NCBI RefSeq assembly: GCF_009914755.1
Contig: NC_060936.1
Source of the DNA: the human T2T-CHM13v2.0 reference genome, Homo sapiens
Strand: one strand, 5' to 3'
DNA length: 64,000 bases
Part shown: one piece after another, positions 53,800 to 64,000 of the stretch
Numbering within the stretch: the first letter of the stretch is position 1
Layout of the letters: each line of letters opens with the position of its first letter
Program-made: the position numbers and the translations under genes
The notes under the pieces: model-generated
What the model was told of the DNA's origin: nothing
The model's input: only the letters and a program-made list of their open reading frames with translations
Databases searched by the model: none

Positions 53800-55559
53800 C
53801 GACATATATCAATATAAAAACATTTTTATAACCCCCAAAAGTTCTCTGGTTCTCCTGTGCATGAATTCCCTATGACAAAGCAACTATTATTGTGATTTTT
53901 ATCACTATGGGTTAGTTTTATCTATTCCAGAATTTCATATAAGTGCAGTAATACAGGATGCATATTTTGTGTTTGATTTCTATCACTGAGCATAGTACTT
54001 TTGAGTTTTACCCACGTTGTTGCATGTATTAGTAGATTATTTCTTTTTATTACTGAGTATCTTATTGTATACATAAAAGAATTTATCCATTATCCTATTG
54101 AAGGAAATCAAGATTGTTTCTAGTTTTGGGTTTATGATAAATAAAACTGATGTGAACTTTTTTTGTATGAAGCTTATGGTAGATAAATGTTTTCATTTCC
54201 CTTGAATCTATACATAGGAGTAAAATTGCTGAACCATAGGATAGATGTGAATTTAACTTTTTTAGAAACTGACAGTTTTTTAAATGGTGGTATTATTTTA
54301 CATTTCCACAACCAACTTATAAGAGTTTCAGCTGTTCTACATCCTCTGCAAAATTTGGTGTTTTCACTCTGTGATTAAATAAGTTGCCATTCTGGTAGAT
54401 ACATGGGTAGGTATCTCATGTTACCTTAATTTAATTTGCATTGTCTTAATGAGTAAATATATCGAGCACTTTTTCATGTACTTATTAGCAATTTGCATAT
54501 ATTCTTTTCCCAGGTATCTTTTTGAGTCTTTTACCAAGTTGTATTGGGTTTGTTTGCCTTTTTTGTTATTTAATTGAGTATTCTTAACATTCTGAGTACA
54601 ATAAAGTTTATCTTCTATTCTCAATTTGCTGATAATTTTATGCATATAGTAGACTGTTAAATGTTAGCTTCTGTCTCTATTAGAATAATCATTTTTTTCT
54701 TTTTTATTTGCTAACGTGGTTAAATGTACTGTTTGTCAGATGTTGAATTAATCCTGGATTCCTGAGAAAAACTCAAATTGATCGTAATACATTATCTTTG
54801 TGTATTTTGATTGGATTCATTCGCTAAAATTTCTTCTTCATTGATAAAAATAACCAAGGAAACCATATGGACCTGAAATTTTATATGTGGAAAATTATTT
54901 AATTACAAATTTCATTTTTTTAAAGTAATAAAATGCTATTTAGATTTTCTATTTTATCTTAGTCAGTTTTGGTAACTTATATCTTTCAAGGAATTTGTCT
55001 ATTTTTCCTAAACAATAACACTTCTTGGCATTAAGTTGTTTACAGTGTCTCATCATTATCCTTTCAACATCTTTAGGATCTGTGGTAATATTCCATATTT
55101 TATTTCTGATATTTTCTTAGTTTTCTTGATCAGTCCTGCTAGGGTTTATTATTTTGATTAACTTTGTCAAAGAATCACATTCTTGCCTTGTTTATATTCT
55201 CTATTGTTTTTTCTCTTCAATTTCATTGAATTCCACTTTTTTATTATTCTCTTTCTTATATTTACCTTATGTTTAATGTGTTCTTTGCTTTCTAAATTAT
55301 TCAGGTGAAAGTAAGGTCATTAGTTTTACCTTTTTCCTCTTTTCTAACACAAATTTCTAATACATATCTATGACATTTATTTGTAAATAATATTTAAATA
55401 AAATATATAATTTTAATGTAGATTTTCTTCTAATGATTGCTTCTTCTGCATGCCACATATATTTATATTTTTGTTTTCAGTATTTTAGAGTTTATAATTT
55501 TTTTCTAATTTCCCTTAAGATTTTTTCTTTGATTCATAGGTTAATTAAAAGTATTACTT

Positions 55560-55859
55560 GACCAAGTGCAGTGGCTCATGCCTATAATCTTAGTGCTTTG
55601 AGAGACTGAAGCAGGAGAATCAATTGAGGCCAGGAGTTCAAGACCAGCCTGAGTAACAAAGCTAAGTCCCTGTCTCTACAGGGAAAAAAAAAATTAGCTG
55701 GGCTCAGTTATGCACATTTGTAGTCCTAGCTACTCCAGAGGCTAAAGTTGGAGAATTGCTCACATCCAGGAATTCAAGGCTGCAGTGAGCCATGATCATG
55801 CCACTGCATTCCAGCCTGGACAGCAGAGCAAGAACCCCATTTCTTAAAATACAAAAAAA
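55560..55859 (+). mobile_element. AluJ-like
   Basis: Diverged dimer with ttgaggccaggagttcaag and ggctgcagtgagccatgatcatgcc. Confidence 0.9.
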
Positions 55860-56694
55860 TATACTAATCTTATAACTACTGGTTTCTTGTTTAGCATCAT
55901 GTGGTTCACAAACATATTCTGTATAATTTTAGTCCTTTGAAATATATTAAGACTTGTTTTATGACACAGCATGTAGTCTATCTGAGCCAATATTTCATTT
56001 GCACTTTAGAAAAATATGTATTCTGCTTGTGTTGGGTGTATGGTTCCATAAATATCAATCAGGTCAACTTGGGTGAGAGTGTAGTTTAAATCTTTTGTGT
56101 CTTTCTAAATTTTGTCTATTTGCTTGTTTTATTACAGAGAGAGCTAGCTAAAGTTTCCAATTATTGTTGAAGTTTCACCTAAATTCCCTAAAAATGTTCC
56201 CCTTATATATGCAGGAACCTTGTCTTTGGATGCATATGCATTTCACTTGCTTTCTTATTCAGACAATGTTTTTCTTTTAAATGTTTGGTCCATTTACATT
56301 TGCTGTAATTAATATATCATTTTTCAAGTTTATTGTATTTATGTTTCATTTTTCTTTGTCTTCTCTGCTCTCTTTTTCCCTTTTTCTCTGTCTCTGTCTT
56401 TTTTTTTTTTTTTTTTGCTAGGGGTGAATTAAATATATTTTATTATTCATGTAACCTCTTCCAATAGATTTCTATTTATGTCTCTTTGTGCTAATTTTTT
56501 AGTTGTCAGCTTATTTATTGCAATATACATCTTCAACTTACCACATTCTATACTCAAAAAATATTTTGTGTCATAAAAAGTGAGAACATTATAACAATAT
56601 ACACATATGTATATTACTGTGCTCCCATTTTTTGTTCTTGTCATTTTAGTTCTATGTTTACCGCAAAACTCATGCTCACATTTTATTATTTTTA

Positions 56695-57080
<386 letters not shown>

Positions 57081-57261
57081 AAAAGATGTTTTATGCTTAC
57101 TGGCCGATCACTTTTGTTTGGGTTTCTCCATTCCTTTCTTTAGAATCAAGTTTCTATCTGATAGTATGTCCTTTTTGGATATAAAACTCCTTTATGAATT
57201 TATTATAGTATAGGTTTGCTTGGGATAAATTGTCAGTTTTTGTCTGCCTGAAATGCATTTA

Positions 57262-58115
<854 letters not shown>

Positions 58116-58639
58116 TTACCCTCAAGATTTTTTTTTTATCTTCAAATCTTAGCTATTTAACTGGGAAGTGTATGTGTGTGTGTGTGTGTTCCTTGGTATT
58201 TTTCCTGCTTTGGGTTATCTGAGATTCTTAGATCTATGACTTATTGTCTTTCATTAATTTTGGAAATTTTTGGTCATTATCTCTTCACATATTTTTTCTG
58301 CCCCATTTCCTCTCTTCTATTTCTGGCTTTCCAATTAGATACGAGTTAAACTATATAATTTTTTTCCACAGACTTTGAATGCTATGGGCTGTTTTTCCCT
58401 TTACTCTTTTGCTTCCTTGTATTTCAGTTTAGATAATTTCTATTAAGCTAACTTCCAGTCCACTGATTCTTTTTTCTGCTGTGTCCAGTCTGCTGATCTA
58501 CCCATAGAGGAATTTTTTCCCCTCTGATATTGTTTTTATTCCTAGCCTTTTCATTTGTTTCCTTTTTTACAATTCCTTTCTGCCTAAATCATTCCTCTGT
58601 CATGCATGCTTTCCATTTCTTTCAACTATATACATTATA

Positions 58640-59660
58640 GTTGATGTATGAAATGAGAATTAAGATGTCAAGTACAGGAAAAACAAAATAAGAAGAGTTC
58701 CCAGAGGGAAAAGAAAAATGATATTCAAGCTGAAAATGGTCTATAGATAAACTGAAATAGAGGATGGTCAGTTTTGAGACCCAGATAAGTACAAGAAATA
58801 TCTCAAATACAAGTAAAAATAGAGTTAAAAGCCATTTGAGAAAAAAAACTAAGGTAAATACAAGATACATTTAGGAAACTTAACATGAAAATGATTGAAT
58901 TCTTTAAAAGAAAAAAGATAAAGGACAATAGTTGTATTAGTCCGTTTTCATGCTGCTGATAAAGACATACCTGAGACAGGGAAATTTACAAAAGGAAGAG
59001 GTTTATTGGACTTACAGTTCCACATCGCTGGGGAGGCCTCACGATCATGGCGGGAGGTGAAAGGCACGTCTCACATGGCAGCAGGCAAGAGAGAGAGAGC
59101 TTGTGCAGGAAAACTCCTATTTTTAAAACCATTGGATCTCATGAGACCCATTCACAAACCCAAGAACAGCACGGGAAAGCTCTGCCCTCACAATTCAATC
59201 CTCTCTCACTGGGTCCCTCCCACAACACATGGGAATTATGGGAGCTACAAGATGAGATTTGGATGGGGACACAGAGTGAAACCATATCAGTAGTTAATAA
59301 ACATATAAAAGAAAATTATCTAAAGGACATGAAAAGCATGTTTGCAGACAAGGCTCTTTATATTCCAGGAGGAGTAGATAATAAAATATATTCAACTGTA
59401 AAAGTCTTAGAGTCTGAACACTACGAGAAAATTGTTACGAGCTTCTGGAAAAAAATAAAGAAATTACTTACAAAGGAAAGAAACATTGCACTGGCATTGT
59501 ACTTCTCATCTGAAACACTGAATGTTAGAAGGTGGTGGAATAATGTCTACCGGTCAGAGGTGGAGGGGTCAGGGAGGAATGCAACCCAAAAATATCAAAC
59601 ACAGCCCCAACAGCTTTCACTTTCAAAGTGCAATAAGATATCTGCATGCATGAAAGTTTG
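58640..59660 (+). mobile_element. HAL1/old L1 ORF1-like relic interrupted by THE1
   Basis: Translation KERNIALALYFSSETLNVRRWWNNVY resembles L1 ORF1p (recalled KGKPIRLTADFSAETLQARREW). Confidence 0.6.
58933..59289 (-). mobile_element. THE1 (A/B) solo LTR
   Basis: Reverse complement runs TGATATGGTTT...AAAACGGACTAATACA, 357 bp; 5-bp TSD atagt/gtagt. Confidence 0.93.
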
Positions 59661-60339
59661 AGGCTTAGGGTGTTAGAGTACGTGTTTTGATGCTATACCT
59701 CAAAGTACAATAGCCCCAAAGAGAGAAATTTATTTCTCTCTTGTAATACTCCAGAGGAGAGAAGACAATGAAGGGCATTCTAAGGAATAATCCCAGAATC
59801 TAAGTTCCTCTCAACCTGCTGCTCTGCCATTCTGTAAGGCAGGGAATTGTTAACTTTGTTTGTGCCACGGAAACTTCTGGCAGATTGGTGAATCCTACAA
59901 AGCTCATCTCAAAATAAATGTAGATACATAAAATAAATTACAAAGAATTATAAAAAATTGAATTATGATTATCAGCATATGTATAAAATAAATTTGTAAT
60001 AACATAATATACATGCTTTATAATGATGGCATTAACAATTTCTGGTGGTGGGTTCTAATAATTATTATAATTTCAAAGTAGCCATGAGTGTCAACTTGAT
60101 GAGGTAAGTTTATCATTGTTTCTGTTTCATAGGTGAGGAAACTGAGTCATGAGGGATTAAACAACTCATCCAAGATTACATGCCTAGTAATCAGCAGAGC
60201 CAAGTTTATAGCCTGGGCAGTCAGTCTGGTTACAAAGTCTATGTTCTAAATAACTAAGAGAAATAGGAAGTTACTAAATAACTGAGAAAAAGGAAGATAA
60301 AATTAACAACAAAATTAATGAAATTAATTTATTATCATA

Positions 60340-60398
60340 ACAGATAAGTATATACTGATATACAGATAAGTATATACTGATATACAGATAAGTATATA
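60340..60398. repeat. 22-bp tandem repeat, about 2.7 perfect copies
   Basis: acagataagtatatactgatat at 60340 and 60362, partial copy at 60384. Confidence 0.92.
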
Positions 60399-61363
60399 TA
60401 AGAAAAAAACAGGTAAGTAAATACCACAACACGTTATTTAAAAGACCAGTAAAAGAGATAAACAAGTACTTAACCTAAATAAGGAAAATGCAGAGAAAAA
60501 TGGAACTAGAGATGCGGGATGGCACTACAGATTTAAATGAGAATATAAGTGTGACTTCTCGTGATAAATGATATGTTTCATTGGCTGTCCATGGACCTCA
60601 GTGAAGTTATGAAGTTACCAGGCAAAGCTATCCTGTGAGTTCTTTTGTCCCCAAGCAACCAGCCAGCCATTGACACTGGTGACTTGCATTTGTCCCATTC
60701 TTTAGCACTTGAACGCTAACTTAAAATGTTTTTGAAGAAATCTGTTGGAGTCAGGTAGAAGTTTAAGGCAGAGCCAGACAGGCTGCTGGTTAAACATCCA
60801 GATCTGCCAGAGGTCAGTGCCTGGAAACCTGGCCGGGCGCTAAGGATTTTGCAGCTAGAAGTGAGTCAGGGGAAGTGGAGGGTCTAGAAGCCAAGGAGTC
60901 GTGCAAGGCAGGAGTGAGCAAGGAGGTTCTTGAGGTCAAGTGAACTGGGGCCAGCAATCTACAAGGTCAGGCTGAGTCAGACTCACCATGGAGAAGAACA
61001 CCAAAGTGAGTCTAATGGCCGGGCAGGAAGTGTTTGTCTACTGGCAACTGCAGCCAGGGAGACAGTGAGGAACTGGCCAGCAATGCCAGATTCCAGACAG
61101 AGCAGGTGAAGCAAATGAGACTTTAGAGAGGTTCTCACACCAAGGATGCACAGCTATTTCCTTTCCATGAATATATTTTCAAGAATAAAATTATTAGTAG
61201 TGATCTGATAATTTTATTTAGACTAAGTGGTTACACCTTCCCATTCAAAATCTAATACAATGGTGACTTTATAAAATGGAGAAACTAAGCACAGCCAACC
61301 TGAGTTCCTTCAACAACCATTAGAAAAATATAATATCTAATTATTAGATATTATATCTAATAA

Positions 61364-61702
<339 letters not shown>

Positions 61703-62439
61703 TAAAATATAAAAAAGGGATTCAGTTTTCTGAGGGAATTTATAACTACATGGACTTGTCCCTGAAAAGGAATGAAATGATGCAAGGGAACACTCATCCT
61801 CCAGATGTGCTTGACTGCTTGTATTTATTTGCTCTGTATTAAAGGATGAGTGTTAATTTTAAGTTGTTTAAATATACACATGTACTGGATAGACTTCATG
61901 AAATATTAAGAAACCATTGCATAATTATGCCTTGAAATCTCTTGTGCCTAGTGAATGTGTGTGCGATGAGGACAAAGACATTCTAAATGTCATGTGGAGA
62001 CATTCAGAAGTCCTGTGGTGGCTGGAAATGAAGACGCTCACACACATGTACAGGTACACAAAGATTTAAGTTAGGAAAGGGAAGAAAGATGAAAGGTGGA
62101 GGGATTGCTCCAATGAGCAAATTCATTAATGTGATGTTTCCCATCCCACACATGACTGACAAGGAACAGACCAATCAGAAGTCATTGCTCCTCTTAGATG
62201 AGAAGCAGAGTTTTGAAGGCCTGAAGCCCTCAGGTAAGGGAGGTGGAGAGGACCAATATGGTGCATATCTGATAGTTCCAAAGATACTGTCTGAAATCTG
62301 ACCTTGCTCTGCTAGGTCTTCCTTAAGCAACTCTACAAATCCAACCTGGACAAGAAGCTAAAATTGATTGAAAACACATATTTCATCATACTGATTCCTG
62401 CATTGGAGATACATCCAATCTGTGGACTAGGTATTTTGT

Positions 62440-62980
62440 GGTAAGCATTCTACATGCATACACTCATTTAATTTACACAACTTTGTAATGCTGGAGCTAA
62501 AAATGCAAAAACTGCATTTCCAGGTTCCTTTGCTAGTGCACTGTCTCCTAGGTTTTACTAATAGAAGCCACTCATGGAAAATCAGCAGTTGTGAGAAGAG
62601 GAGCAATTGTTCTTATTTTTTACCTCTCTTGTTTTTCTTTCTTCTGGTGATCCCTGGAAGTGGCTATATCCCTGGTCTTTTCCACCATTCCAGTTCCTGA
62701 TGCTTCTCTCCCATTTCCCCAGCCCTGTCATAGTAGCCCCTCATCAGGGTCCCCGTGCCAGAAGCATCAGCCCCTTTTCCACACTCCCAGGTTTTGGTAA
62801 CCTCATGTCTTCCTTTGTGTTTCCCTATCTAAAAGTGGTTACTAATTTCTAGATTACTCCATCTTCCATGTTTTGCTCCTCCAATGTTACAACATCTACA
62901 TAACCAAGATCATGTACTAAATTTCTTCATTTAACATACTAGCAATTTTCTATTTTTTTTCCAAGCCCAGGCTGATTCTG
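62440..62980 (+). mobile_element. Old ERVL-type LTR (LTR33-like)
   Basis: actgcatttcccaggttcctttgc and a 3' end ...ttccaagcccaggctgat resemble LTR33; heavily decayed. Confidence 0.4.
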
Positions 62981-64000
62981 TGTGTCCTCCTGATTCAACT
63001 TTATCCCTGCTGACACAGTTCTTGCTCTTCCTCAGAACACGTTCTTTCTCCATGATTAGAGAAAAAACACAGAGGGCAAATAAAGCAAAAAGAGTCTTCT
63101 GTGTACCAGATCACAAAACCCTATTATACTAAATATATATATATTTGCTACTTTATAATATTGGCATTCCTAGTTTGAAAGGGCACTCCCTCCAGAATGA
63201 ACATCAATCTAGTAATATATACTGGGAGAGAAAGCAAAGGTCAACCCATAGGTTCAGCCCAGATATTAGAGTCTGTTATCTGGCCAAGGTGCTCCCAGAT
63301 CCTAGCATGATACTTAGGGACAATATAAAACACCCACACATTTCTAGAAATCAATGGCAGCCTAGGACTTTTCATCACAAGAGAGATACAGCATGAACTC
63401 TGGGTTAGGATATAGAGAATACAACTTATTTCTCTACAAATATGGATTTTCCACTTGGAGAGCAATAGAATATTAGAGTTGAAAGGCAATCTAGAGACCA
63501 CAAGTTCCAATTATATTTATAAAGGGGAAGAGGCCAAATGTATGGACTATGAAAAGTAAAAGGCATATTCAAGGGTCATTGTAGAACTACTGTCTTGGCA
63601 AACATCAATAACAAAAACTTCAGACTGATGAAGAAATTAGAAACAGACACACAAACAATGAGATGAATCTAAAAAGATTCTCCTCCTTAATGACTATAAA
63701 AAGAAGTCAGCACAGTTATGATACACAGAGAGATCAGCAATAGCATCCAATGACTGGGGAAGGTATAACATTTGGGTTCCTTCCAGACAATCCTCAGCAG
63801 TAGGCCACCTTGAGGATGATAGGTCTGCCTGCGTGGAAATCTCATCAGACCTCTGGAACCTGAAATTTACCCTCCAAGCCCAGCTTCATATTCGTAGGAC
63901 TCTAGTACTCCTGTACTTACAGTCATCTGAAGATGTGCTAGAGACCCCTCATCCTAGCCAGGTGTACCTCATTACCTTTGAATCGCCCAGCATACAAGAA

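Noticed and set aside
59020-59040. THE1 PRDM9 hotspot motif
   Set aside because: The minus strand reads CCTCCCCAGCGAT, not the hotspot-associated CCTCCCTAGCCAC version.

Overview
This is primate (most likely human) non-coding genomic DNA: AT-rich, CpG-depleted, with no CpG island. I found no supportable host protein-coding gene or exon chain, and no tRNA, rRNA or CRISPR array; it reads as intergenic sequence or the interior of a large intron. Transposable elements dominate: L1PA and old L1M fragments, about ten Alu/FLAM copies (many with visible target-site duplications), MaLR elements (MLT1D, MSTB plus internal, a full MSTC/D-type provirus, a THE1 solo LTR), a full-length MER41B LTR, a full-length but dead Hsmar2 mariner, a MADE1 MITE, MER33, and MIR/L2 relics. 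The ORFs in the supplied track that I can assign are repeat-derived; the rest look like chance ORFs. The most interesting signals are regulatory or structural: (1) a MER41B with both tandem GAS/STAT1 motifs intact; (2) two convergent CTCF-like motifs, each with a TGCA upstream module at the same spacing, flanking a repeat-poor stretch that holds a dense promoter-like motif cluster; (3) an inverted Alu pair only about 21 bp apart; (4) a near-consensus AluY in the tail of an older Alu; (5) several small replication or insertion scars. I do not see evidence for a novel multi-gene system. Subfamily calls come from recalled consensus sequences and need RepeatMasker/Dfam confirmation; boundaries of old repeats are approximate.
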